A DNA stretch of 64,000 nucleotides from Mycobacteriales bacterium (GCA_035995165.1 DASYKU010000050.1:3040-67039); one strand, 5' to 3'. Counted from the first letter of the stretch, positions 16,428 to 24,797 are shown. Translations and numbers: made by a program. Notes: a model not told the origin generated them from the sequence alone.

Positions 16428-17659
16428 GCTCGGTCTTCGTCACCGTCGGCATGGGCCCGTGGCCGTTCGACCGGCTGGTCGCGGCGGTCGCCCCGCTCTG
16501 CGCCGAGCACGACGTCTTCGTGCAGACCGGTACGTCCTCCGTCATCCCGCCGTGCCCGCACCAGCCGTACCTCGGGCCGGCCGAGACACTGCGCCGGATC
16601 ACCGAGGCCGATGTCGTGATCACGCACGGCGGAAACACCGTGCGGCTGGCCCAGCGCGCCGGAAAGGTTCCGATCGCGGTGGCACGGGAGGCCGCACGGG
16701 GGGAGATGCGCAACGACCACCAGGTCGCGTACCTCACCAGCGAGCGGTCCGGCGGCCGCGTCCGGGTCCGGGCCGGCGACGACCTGTCTCTCCCCGCGGC
16801 GGTCGCCGGCCACGCCGACACCGAGCGGCGGATGCTGGCCACGGCGCCGCCGCTGCCGGCCCGCACCGACCCGGGCAGGCTGGGCGAGCTGCTGGACAGC
16901 GCGGTCGCGCCGCCGGCCGGCCCGTTCGAGCGGCATCCGCTGGCCCGCTACCGCTGGGCCTGGGGGCAGCTCGCCGCCCGCACCGGCCGCCACCTGGACC
17001 TCGGCGTCGGCGACGGGGACTTCACCCGGGCGCTGCACCGCGAGACCAAGCTCGAGGTCGTCGCCGTCGACGCGCACCCCGACTACCTGCGCGTACTCCG
17101 CAGCTCCGACCCCGAGCTGGCACTGGCCCGGGTCGCGACCGCGCTGCCGTTCGCGGACGGCGCGTTCGGCTCGGTCAGCGCTCTGGACGTGCTGGAGCAC
17201 GTCGCCGACGAGCCGGGCACGCTGGCCGAGCTGCACCGGGTGCTGCGGCCGGGCGGGTTGCTCGTGCTCACCGTCCCGGCCCGGCACGCGTTCTCGGTGC
17301 TGGACCCGGACGACGCCAAGCTGACCCGGCCACGCCTGCACCGCGCCGTCTACCAGCGCCGCTTCGGCCGGGCCGAGTACGAGCGCCGCTTCGTCGACGC
17401 TGCCGACGGGCTGCGCGGCGACATGGCCTGGACCCGGTCCGAGCACACCAACTACCGCGCCGAGGACCTGTTCGGCGCGCTCGCGACCGCCGGGTTCGTC
17501 CCGGCCGCGCGCGACGGCGCCGGGTTCTACTGGCGCTTGCTGCAGGTGCCCGCGCTGCTGCTGCCCGCGCGGCTGGCGAAGGTCCTGGATGCGCCCCAGC
17601 GCCTGGACGCCCGCCTGTTCCGCCGGGCCAACCTGTTCCTCACCGCGACCCGCCCCTGA
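16421..17659 (+). CDS. fusion protein: Alg13-like glycosyltransferase catalytic subunit (Glyco_tran_28_C) plus class I SAM-dependent methyltransferase
   Basis: The start overlaps the Alg14-like stop (GTGGTGA). The N-terminal half has VFVTVGMGPWPFDRL..VVITHGGNTV..NDHQ. The C-terminal half has LDLGVGDGDF, VSALDVLEHV and LRPGGLLVLTVP. Confidence 0.7.
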   Translation: MVSSVFVTVGMGPWPFDRLVAAVAPLCAEHDVFVQTGTSSVIPPCPHQPYLGPAETLRRITEADVVITHGGNTVRLAQRAGKVPIAVAREAARGEMRNDHQVAYLTSERSGGRVRVRAGDDLSLPAAVAGHADTERRMLATAPPLPARTDPGRLGELLDSAVAPPAGPFERHPLARYRWAWGQLAARTGRHLDLGVGDGDFTRALHRETKLEVVAVDAHPDYLRVLRSSDPELALARVATALPFADGAFGSVSALDVLEHVADEPGTLAELHRVLRPGGLLVLTVPARHAFSVLDPDDAKLTRPRLHRAVYQRRFGRAEYERRFVDAADGLRGDMAWTRSEHTNYRAEDLFGALATAGFVPAARDGAGFYWRLLQVPALLLPARLAKVLDAPQRLDARLFRRANLFLTATRP

Positions 17660-17684
17660 CCCCACCGTCAGGCGGGTCCGCGAC

Positions 17685-18113
17685 TCAGCTCAGGTCGTCG
17701 TGCAGCAGCATGTCCAGCTCGGCGTCGAGATCCAGGTGCTCCGGCTCGGCCCCCGGCGGCACCAGCGCATGGCAGCGGGCGACGAAGTCGGCCAGCACCG
17801 GACGCGGCACCGCGAACAGCGCCCGGCCGGACGGTGAGCACAGCTCGACGTACACCGGCCCGGCCAGGTCCTCCGGCGACGGCCAGATGCGGACATCCCC
17901 GTCGCCCGCGGGCACGCTCAGGCCGTCGGACACGAGCGATCGTGCAAAGATCCACTCGATCGGGTCGCGCCCGGGAGAAGTAGGAAAGGAGAGGTGCACT
18001 GCGTACGGATCGTCCCGGTCGTACCGGAGGGACGCGTCCAGCAGGACGTCGGCTCTCGGAACTACGAGACGCAACGTCACCGCCGTACGGACTTCTGGCA
18101 CTCGACCGGCCAT
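17685..18113 (-). CDS. ssgB: SsgA-family sporulation/cell-division regulator (SsgB-like)
   Basis: ORF 17685..18134. It is strongly collinear with the S. coelicolor SsgB sequence as I recall it (LRLVV, LRYDRDDPYAVH, EWIFARSLVSDGL, GDVRIWPS, VPPGAEPEHLDLDAEL). The start is set at the second ATG, 18113, after GGGGGAA. Confidence 0.85.
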   Translation of the reverse strand: MAGRVPEVRTAVTLRLVVPRADVLLDASLRYDRDDPYAVHLSFPTSPGRDPIEWIFARSLVSDGLSVPAGDGDVRIWPSPEDLAGPVYVELCSPSGRALFAVPRPVLADFVARCHALVPPGAEPEHLDLDAELDMLLHDDLS

Positions 18114-18217
18114 TTCTGTTCCCCCCGTGTGCATGACTTCTTACCACGCGTGACTACCTTCGCAACGAGCGTCGCTCCGAATGGGTAATGTGTCGCTCGA
18201 CGAAGACATCAAATAGG

Positions 18218-18244
18218 TGAACCGGATTCACCCGGCTCACGAAG
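18218..18244 (+). promoter_or_regulatory. ECF-type promoter-like motif TGAAC-N17-CGAAG upstream of the sigma factor gene
   Basis: Read directly from the sequence. The spacing and motif resemble the autoregulated ECF consensus GGAAC-N16/17-CGTT, but the match is weak. Confidence 0.25.
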
Positions 18245-18266
18245 ACTCCCTGTGAGGACAGCCGTC

Positions 18267-18905
18267 ATGGAGAGGCCGCCTGCACCCCGGCCCGAGGCAG
18301 ATGCCTCGGACGGCGTGCTCGTGCAGCGCCTCGCCGACGGCGACAACAGCGCGCTCGAGGCCCTCTACGACAGATACGTGCGGCCCGCGTTCGCCCTGGC
18401 CCGCCGCATCACGGGTGATCAGGTCTTCGCCGAGGAGGTCGTGCAGGAGGTCTTCCTGGCCCTCTGGCGGGACCCGGCCAAGTACGACCCGCTGCGCGGC
18501 GGGTTCCCGAGCTGGCTGCTCGCGGCGACCCACCACAAGGCGGTCGACGCGGTCCGGCGGGAGCAGACGGTCCGGTCCCGGCGGGCGACGCTGGCCGAGG
18601 AGGCCGACTACTTCACCGCCGCCGGCGTGTCGGACTCACCGCCGGTGGAGGACGCCGCGTGGGCGGGCCTGCGCGGTGAACGCGTACGCAAAGCACTGTC
18701 CACATTGCCGCCGCCGCAGCGGGAAGCGCTCGTGCTGGCCTACTACGCCGGGTACACGCAGTCGGAGATCGCCGCGCGTACAGGCACTCCGCTCGGCACA
18801 GTCAAGACGCGCATGCTGGCTGGCATGCGCCGGCTCCGTCTGCTCCTCGACGAGGTCACCGACGGTTCGTTCCCGGACGAGGCCCCGGACGGGGGCCGGC
18901 CATGA
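18267..18905 (+). CDS. ECF-family RNA polymerase sigma factor
   Basis: ORF 18252..18905. The sigma-70 region 2 is ALYDRYVRPAFALARRITGDQVFAEEVVQEVFLALW and region 4 is LPPPQREALVLAYYAGYTQSEIAARTGTPLGTVKTRM. The start is ATG 18267 or GTG 18252. Confidence 0.85.
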   Translation: MERPPAPRPEADASDGVLVQRLADGDNSALEALYDRYVRPAFALARRITGDQVFAEEVVQEVFLALWRDPAKYDPLRGGFPSWLLAATHHKAVDAVRREQTVRSRRATLAEEADYFTAAGVSDSPPVEDAAWAGLRGERVRKALSTLPPPQREALVLAYYAGYTQSEIAARTGTPLGTVKTRMLAGMRRLRLLLDEVTDGSFPDEAPDGGRP

Positions 18906-20017
18906 GCGAGCCGATGGACCCCCGCGAGCAGTACGGGGAGCACGGTGAATGGGATGCGCTCGCCGTGGGCTGGGCGCTGTCCGCGCTCGACCCGGAGGAC
19001 GAGGAGCGCTTCGCCGCGCACCTGCCTGGCTGCGACCGGTGCACCGAGAGCGTCAAGGATGCGCTGCACACGGTGGCGGACCTGGCGTACGCGCTGCCGG
19101 ACGAGGCGCCGCCGCCGTCGCTGAAGACGCGGCTGATGGCGGCGGTCTCGGCCGAGCCGCGGGAGTCGGGCGCTGTCCCGCCGCTGCTCGCCGAGGGCGA
19201 GTGGCCGGCGCAGGAGGCTTTGTCCGGCCACGACTGGTTCATCCGGGAGGAGGCCGAGGAGGCGCCGAACGGGGTGGCCGGGGACTTCTACCAGGCTCCG
19301 GAGGCCACGCCGCCGTCGGTGGACCCGATCGTGCGGCGTCCCGACGACCGGGCGGACGAGCGCCGGGCCGACGGTCTGCCGCCGTCCGAGTTCGCCAGCG
19401 CACGGCCGCCGGTCCAGTGGAGTTCCGACGAGGGGCCGGTCCGGCCCGGCATCGGCGGCCGGCAGGCCTCCGATGCGGACGAGTCGGATGTCGTCGTGCC
19501 GTTCGAGCGGCCGCGGCGGCGTCGGCGCTTCGCGGTCAGCGCCGCGGCGGCCGCGGTGGTCGCACTGGTCGCCGGCCTCGCCGTCTGGAACGTGCAGCTG
19601 CGCTCCAGTCGAGATGACCTCCGCCAGGTCGTCGCGCAACGGGAGGCTGCCATCCAGCAGCTGACCGCGAACGGCCCGGCCCGCGTCGCGGCGATGACCT
19701 CTGACGGCAAGCCGTCCGAGAGTCGGCGGGCGACCCTGGTCGTCCGCGGGAACCAGGTCGAGATCATCGTCGAGACCCTGGGTCCCACCAGCGCCAACCA
19801 GACGTACTGGCTCTGGACGCTGAACTGCGACACCACGACACCGAGCAACTTGAAACCCATCCAGGGGTTCACCGTTACTCAGTCTGACTTCAGTGTTCGC
19901 GACATAGGATCCGAACCTGGCGTCTCCACCGCGACCTGCTTCGCGCTCAGCTCCGAGGTCGGGACGGCGACGCCGACGGCCCCTCGCCTAGTCGTAGCGG
20001 TGGGTCAGCCGAAGTAG
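18902..20017 (+). CDS. anti-sigma factor (zf-HC2 N-terminus, one TM segment, RskA-like extracytoplasmic domain)
   Basis: It has an ATGA overlap with the sigma gene. The zf-HC2 motif is HLPGCDRCTESV (HxxxCxxC), the TM segment is FAVSAAAAAVVALVAGLAVW, and TYWLWTL lies in the C-terminal domain. Confidence 0.75.
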   Translation: MSEPMDPREQYGEHGEWDALAVGWALSALDPEDEERFAAHLPGCDRCTESVKDALHTVADLAYALPDEAPPPSLKTRLMAAVSAEPRESGAVPPLLAEGEWPAQEALSGHDWFIREEAEEAPNGVAGDFYQAPEATPPSVDPIVRRPDDRADERRADGLPPSEFASARPPVQWSSDEGPVRPGIGGRQASDADESDVVVPFERPRRRRRFAVSAAAAAVVALVAGLAVWNVQLRSSRDDLRQVVAQREAAIQQLTANGPARVAAMTSDGKPSESRRATLVVRGNQVEIIVETLGPTSANQTYWLWTLNCDTTTPSNLKPIQGFTVTQSDFSVRDIGSEPGVSTATCFALSSEVGTATPTAPRLVVAVGQPK

Positions 20018-20096
20018 CCGAGCCGCAACCCGGGAGGACACCCTGCCCACCGACCAGGACCGTCGCGAGGACGACGAGCCCGGCCTGCTGGACGAG

Positions 20097-20459
20097 GTGG
20101 CCGACCGGCTCGGCTTCCGCGCGCGGCTCAAGCGGAACCCCGCCCTCGCCCTGGCGTACCGGATCGGCGTCGGGGTCGTCGGCACCCTCATCGTCGTGCT
20201 CGGCCTGGCGCTGGTGCCGCTGCCCGGCCCCGGCTGGCTGATCGTGTTCGTCGGCCTCGGCATCCTCGCCACTGAGTTCGCGTGGGCCGAACGCGTGCTC
20301 GACTTCGCCCGCCGGACGCTCAAGTCATGGCTGCGCTGGCTCGGCCGGCAGCACCTCGCCGTCCGCGGCCTGATCTCGCTGGTCACCGTCTGCTTCGTGC
20401 TCGGGGTGGTCGCACTGACGCTGCATCTCTCGGTGGGGCTGCCGTTCGTCAGCAGCTGA
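20097..20459 (+). CDS. PGPGW-motif small membrane protein (TIGR02611-like)
   Basis: ORF 20097..20459. It contains LPGPGWLIVFVGLGILATEFAWAERVL and two TM pairs. The start is uncertain; see the finding on a possible CTG at 20043. Confidence 0.65.
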   Translation: MADRLGFRARLKRNPALALAYRIGVGVVGTLIVVLGLALVPLPGPGWLIVFVGLGILATEFAWAERVLDFARRTLKSWLRWLGRQHLAVRGLISLVTVCFVLGVVALTLHLSVGLPFVSS

Positions 20460-20483
20460 TCCGGTATGCTTTCCCGGGTTCCC

Positions 20484-20555
20484 GGGCGATTGGCTCAGCG
20501 GGAGAGCGCCTCGTTCACACCGAGGAGGTCACTGGTTCGATCCCAGTATCGCCCA
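20484..20555 (+). tRNA. tRNA-Val (anticodon CAC)
   Basis: Acceptor GGGCGAT pairs with ATCGCCC. The anticodon stem is CTCG/CGAG with loop TTCACAC, and the T-arm is ACTGGTTCGATCCCAGT. Confidence 0.95.
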
Positions 20556-20566
20556 CGCACGTCCTA

Positions 20567-20614
20567 GGCCCCTGTCCGCGGAGAGCGCGGGCCAGGGGCC
20601 GCGCTTCTTGTTGG
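20567..20614 (+). terminator. long GC hairpin plus T-containing tail after tRNA-Val
   Basis: GGCCCCTG (20567-74) pairs with CAGGGGCC (20593-600), and an inner CCGCG/CGCGG stem closes on a GAGAG loop. It is followed by GCGCTTCTTGTTGG. Confidence 0.55.
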
Positions 20615-20680
20615 CCGCGGGGGCGACTCCGGCGGGCCCGCGTTCCGTTCGGTTCCGGTTCGGAAGGTGAACCCGGGTCG

Positions 20681-21751
20681 ATGATCTCCGGTTGCGAGCA
20701 GTGGTTACGGGTTCGGCGGTATCTCGTGCGGGAGCGGTATTCGCTCGCTGTCCGGGCGTTCGGCGATGCTGCGTCGCTCGCTGGAGATGCGCCGCTGCTG
20801 ATTCGGCCGGAGTGGCTTCCTACCGAGCCGATCCCGCTCGATTCTGTCCGGCTCGAATACGTCGCTGACGCACCGTACGGCGGTGTGAGCGGCGACCAGA
20901 CCGTCCTGCCTCACCGGGCCGATGGCCAGCCCTACCGGCGGTACTCCGACGCGATCGTGGCGCTCTCTGCGTCGGCCCACCTCCGCGATCTCCCGACCTA
21001 CCGGCTGCTGTCGGCATCGCTGCGCGATGGTCCGCGGCTGGTCTTCGGACCGGGCACGTACTTCGACGGCCTGGACACCGGGGAAGCCGCCGCGCACGAG
21101 TACGCCGGTGCTGTTCTGGGGGAGTTGGACACCCAGCCGCTGCGCGAGGCGATCGGGGATCCCACCGAGCTGCGCCGGCGGCCGGCCAACCTCGCCCTCA
21201 GCGCGCTGACGCTCCGGCACGACCGGGCCACCGGTGCGGTCACGATGCCGCTGCATCGGCGGGACCCGGCGAAGGTCGGGCACGCCGGCGGGATGATCCA
21301 GGTGATCCCGGTCGGCGTCTTCCAGCCGCTCGCGCCCGCCACGGTCGCCGCGGACCTCTCACTCTGGCGCAGCATGCTCCGCGAGTACGCCGAGGAGCTG
21401 CTGGGCGCGGCCGAGGACTACGCGGTCCCCTTCGACTACGACGCCTGGCCGTTCGGAGCACGGATGAACGCGGGCGTCCGCGCCGGGCACGTCCGCGCGC
21501 GGGTGCTCGGCCTGGGCGTGGACCCGCTCACGTTCGCCACCGACCTGCTGGTCACGGTCGTCTTCGACGCGCCGACGTACGACGACCTCTTCGCCGAGGC
21601 GGTCGCGGTGAACGCCGAAGGTTCCGTCCTGCCCGCCGTCCCCTTCACCGACTCTTCGGTCGACCACTACGCCGCCCACCAACCCACCCAAGCCGCCGGC
21701 GCCGCCCTCCTCCGTCTCGCCCACCACCACCGCGCCACGCTTCTAGCCTGA
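20681..21751 (+). CDS. hypothetical protein with a degenerate Nudix-box-like segment (function unknown)
   Basis: ATG 20681 within ORF 20282..21751, whose upstream part crosses the tRNA. The protein is 356 aa. The segment GGMIQVIPVGVFQP..LWRSMLREYAEELLG resembles REUXEEXGU but lacks the upstream Glu. Confidence 0.55.
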   Translation: MISGCEQWLRVRRYLVRERYSLAVRAFGDAASLAGDAPLLIRPEWLPTEPIPLDSVRLEYVADAPYGGVSGDQTVLPHRADGQPYRRYSDAIVALSASAHLRDLPTYRLLSASLRDGPRLVFGPGTYFDGLDTGEAAAHEYAGAVLGELDTQPLREAIGDPTELRRRPANLALSALTLRHDRATGAVTMPLHRRDPAKVGHAGGMIQVIPVGVFQPLAPATVAADLSLWRSMLREYAEELLGAAEDYAVPFDYDAWPFGARMNAGVRAGHVRARVLGLGVDPLTFATDLLVTVVFDAPTYDDLFAEAVAVNAEGSVLPAVPFTDSSVDHYAAHQPTQAAGAALLRLAHHHRATLLA

Positions 21752-21768
21752 TCGGGCAGGCGGGGTAG

Positions 21769-22992
21769 TCAGCCTGCCGCGCCGAAATGCTGAGCAAGTT
21801 CGGCGAAGCCTCCATCCCGGCGCCTGGAGCTACGTTCGAGCAGACTGGTCATCAACGACCTGCCGAGAGGTTGCCGCGCCGACCACAAAGGCGCTGTCTC
21901 GCGGGCTTTCGTCAGATGGGCAAGACCTTCGCGGTTGTGCCGCAACTCGATTGCCGCGCGAGCCAGGTGCAGATGATGTCCGGACTCCCAGAACCTCGGC
22001 ACGGTGCGATCGGTCGCTGACAGGTGCTTCGCCAGTGCGAGAGCGGCTGCCGGCTCGCCCATGCGCACCGCCGCTTCGACCGTCTGGAGACCGACAACGC
22101 GAGGACCGAAGATGGCGGCCTCGTTCGCACGGCCGTGCTGGCCAAATCGCACAGCGGCAGCGCGGGCAACCCTGAGGTAGTCGCGCGCGCGGTCGCCGTG
22201 TCCAGAGGCGATCGCCGCTGACGCTGCATTGAAGAGGAGGTTGCCGAACACACCCGCTCGGTCCTCGTCCCTGTCCAGGATCCGCGGTTCGATCGCCTGC
22301 GCGGCGCGGATCGCGAGCTCCTCCGCCTCCAGCGTCCGGCCTTGACGTACGAGCACCCAGACGAGATATCTCAGCGAGACTGCCGTCTCCAACTCCGGCG
22401 CGCGCGAACGTCTGGACGCCGACAAGGCCCGCTCCGCGCTGATCCAGGCAAGGTCGTTCAACCCGACGCGGCCGGCGAGGCCGGCTCCGAGCCGATAGGC
22501 AAGCGTGAGAACACCGTGAGCGTCTGCATTCGCATCGCCGGTCGTCGTGTGGGCCAGCTTGCGGGCGTCTGACAGAAGAGGCGGCAGCTCGATCAGAAGG
22601 TCTTCCGTACGGCCTGCGACGTACGAGACCCAAGCTCGGCGGCCTGAGCTTGAGAGTTGGCCGATGGAGCGCAGGTCCTGGTCTTCGGCGGGGTCCAGGA
22701 CATCATCGATGTCATCCAGAGCTGCGATCCCTCGGCGAAGGAGGCCGGCGTCAATAGCGCTCGCTGTCCTCGTGGCCGCGCCGAGCAGTTCCAACGGTGT
22801 CGTGCCGAGCGCCCGCGCCAGTCGAGCGAGCGTCTCCGGCCGGACGTTTCGACGAATCCCGCGTTCGATCCGTCCTATGGTGTCGACCCCGACCAGCGTC
22901 GCTTCGGCCAACTGCTCCTGGGAGAGATTTCGCGCCTTACGAAGCCGAGCCACGTTGTCCGGCAGTGCGAAACCGTCGACCACAACAACCAT
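21769..22992 (-). CDS. XRE-family HTH regulator with a long helical (TPR-like) C-terminal domain
   Basis: ORF 21769..23016, start set at ATG 22992. The HTH is LRKARNLSQEQLAEATLVGVDTIGRIERG. The C-terminal region of about 300 aa is Ala/Leu-rich and helical. Confidence 0.7.
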   Translation of the reverse strand: MVVVVDGFALPDNVARLRKARNLSQEQLAEATLVGVDTIGRIERGIRRNVRPETLARLARALGTTPLELLGAATRTASAIDAGLLRRGIAALDDIDDVLDPAEDQDLRSIGQLSSSGRRAWVSYVAGRTEDLLIELPPLLSDARKLAHTTTGDANADAHGVLTLAYRLGAGLAGRVGLNDLAWISAERALSASRRSRAPELETAVSLRYLVWVLVRQGRTLEAEELAIRAAQAIEPRILDRDEDRAGVFGNLLFNAASAAIASGHGDRARDYLRVARAAAVRFGQHGRANEAAIFGPRVVGLQTVEAAVRMGEPAAALALAKHLSATDRTVPRFWESGHHLHLARAAIELRHNREGLAHLTKARETAPLWSARQPLGRSLMTSLLERSSRRRDGGFAELAQHFGAAG

Positions 22993-23019
22993 CCTATGCG
23001 GATGGTGTGTCAACATCGA

Positions 23020-23505
23020 CTACTCGACCGGCTGACCTGCCTCGCACAGGGTGATGGTTCCGCGCTCGACGGAGAGCAGCGCCGCTGTGATCCTGCCCGC
23101 CAGGGTCGGCTTGACCAACCTGGCGATGTCCTCAGTCGTGCAGAACTTGATCGAGAGAATCTCCGGGTCGGTCAGCGAGATACCGTCGACTTCTTCGTCG
23201 GTGAGGATGCCCCCGTCCCAGAGGAACGCCATACCCTCGGGCATCGGGCTGTCCGTTGGAATGTAGTCGATTGCGAGCAGCCGTCCGAGCGGCCTGTCGA
23301 GCCCCAGCTCTTCCCGGACCTCACGGCGCGCTGTCCGCCAAGGCGCCTCGTCGGCTTCGACCGCTCCACCGGGTATGTCCCACTCGGCCTTATAGCTCGT
23401 CTCGACGAGTAGCACCCTTCGCCGATCGTCCCGGTAGACCACACCAGCGGCCACGCGCTTGCGGTTCAAGCTGCGGGCGTACTCGTCGAAGGGCAGCAGG
23501 TCCAC
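23020..23505 (-). CDS. NUDIX hydrolase
   Basis: This is the C-terminal 161 aa of ORF 23020..23982, with the start at GTG 23505 (VDLLPFDEYARSL). It has a canonical Nudix box, GGAVEADEAPWRTARREVREELGL. Confidence 0.8.
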   Translation of the reverse strand: MDLLPFDEYARSLNRKRVAAGVVYRDDRRRVLLVETSYKAEWDIPGGAVEADEAPWRTARREVREELGLDRPLGRLLAIDYIPTDSPMPEGMAFLWDGGILTDEEVDGISLTDPEILSIKFCTTEDIARLVKPTLAGRITAALLSVERGTITLCEAGQPVE

Positions 23506-23677
23506 GGCGACGAGGCTACCGAGCGGGCACGGTTCCTGCCTCGGAGGCCGGATCGGCTCGGCGGGGTCCGGCGAACCCTGCCTGCCAGGCCGTGTTCCAT
23601 CCGATTCGACATCGCGACGCTCAGGACACCACCGCGAAAGCTCGCAGGACGACGTGGAATGAGCGAGGGAAGTCGAC

Positions 23678-24298
23678 ATGCCTACGCCTTCAGTTTCTCG
23701 GCTCCGCGAACTGCGGCTGGGCCGGGGTTGGACCCAGCAAGAGGTCGCCGATCGGATCTTGCAGCTTGCTTGGGACCGCAAGGACCGGCAGGTCGGCGTC
23801 ACGGCGGACGCGATCGCGAAGTGGGAACGCGGCGCCAAGGGTGTCAGCGCACGGTATCGAGAGCTTCTCGCCAGCGTATTCGGTGTGCCGGTAGAGGAGC
23901 TCGGTCTGCCGGGACTGGCACGAGCTCGGGTCGTCCTCCGCTCGGAGTCACTGGAGATCGTCGAGCAGGTCAGGGTGACCACCGATCTCCTTGTCGGCGA
24001 GCCGTCGTCGATGGAGCGGAAGCGACTGCTCCGGCACCGCGCCGGCCTCGCGATCCTGGCGGGCCGGTTGCTTCAAGACCGCAGAGACACGATCGCCGCT
24101 CGCGGGTACTACGGCTTGGCCATCGACGATGCATACGAACTCGGCGACGAGCAGCTGGCGGCTCGAGCCCATGGCCTGGTTGCCCGGCTCGTTGCTGCGG
24201 AGGGCCGAAGGGCCGCTGCAGCACGACACCTGGGTGCCGTCGCACGCCTGATCTCTGCTGGCGTGCCCGCGGAGGATCGTCGCTGGCAGTGGCGGTGA
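23678..24298 (+). CDS. XRE-family HTH regulator (short; possibly a truncated version of the HTH-TPR type)
   Basis: ORF 23678..24298. The HTH is LRELRLGRGWTQQEVADRI...ADAIAKWERG. It lies divergent from the NUDIX gene. Confidence 0.65.
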   Translation: MPTPSVSRLRELRLGRGWTQQEVADRILQLAWDRKDRQVGVTADAIAKWERGAKGVSARYRELLASVFGVPVEELGLPGLARARVVLRSESLEIVEQVRVTTDLLVGEPSSMERKRLLRHRAGLAILAGRLLQDRRDTIAARGYYGLAIDDAYELGDEQLAARAHGLVARLVAAEGRRAAAARHLGAVARLISAGVPAEDRRWQWR

Positions 24299-24324
24299 GA
24301 GCGGAGCGCCGGTAGCTGGCGTGA

Positions 24325-24445
24325 CTATTCGGCGATCAGAGTCAGGCCGTGGTGGTCGGCGGCTGGGCGGAAGTCCTTCACGTTGCGGGTCACAAGGGGG
24401 AGGCCTTGGCTCAGGCAGCAGGCAGCAGGCAGCAGGCCGCCGGGT
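24325..24445 (-). pseudogene. C-terminal remnant of a PIN-domain (VapC-like) toxin
   Basis: The minus-strand translation ends ...LLPAACCLSQGLPLVTRNVKDFRPAADHHGLTLIAE*, with the stop at 24327-24325. Only about 40 aa are recognisable. There is an upstream in-frame stop, and the frame is broken at a 7-bp microsatellite. Confidence 0.6.
24412..24436. repeat. 7-bp microsatellite (CAGGCAG) x3.6 inside the PIN remnant
   Basis: Units run 24412-18, 24419-25 and 24426-32, with a partial unit at 24433-36. A 7-bp unit shifts the reading frame with each copy change. Confidence 0.9.
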
Positions 24446-24521
24446 GGCGGGACCGGTCGAGGTCGGCGAGGAACGCTTCGCTCTTCACTATCTCATCGTT
24501 CGTACGGTCCCGGCTCGTGAG

Positions 24522-24797
24522 TCAGCGCCGGCCGGGGGTGTGGGCGGTGAGGGCGTCGTCGGGGCCGGTGAGGAGCCAATCGAGGGTGCCGTTGAGGGCG
24601 TGGGCCAAAGACCAGAGGCGCCAGGCGTCCAGGCCCTGGGCGCCGCGTTCGATGGCGGAGACGAAGTTGCGGGAGATGCCGGCCTTGTCGGCGACCTCCT
24701 GCTGGCTCAGCCGGAGCCAGACCCGGCGCATGTACGCCCGCCGGCCGACCTGGGCCCGCAGCGCCGCCTCCGTCGGCGGCCGCAGGTCGGGTGTCAT
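24522..24797 (-). CDS. small XRE-family HTH protein (antitoxin-like)
   Basis: ORF 24522..24812. The HTH is LRLSQQEVADKAGISRNFVSAIERG. ATG 24797-24795 overlaps the TGA 24796-24794 of the upstream ORF as an ATGA junction. Confidence 0.75.
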   Translation of the reverse strand: MTPDLRPPTEAALRAQVGRRAYMRRVWLRLSQQEVADKAGISRNFVSAIERGAQGLDAWRLWSLAHALNGTLDWLLTGPDDALTAHTPGRR

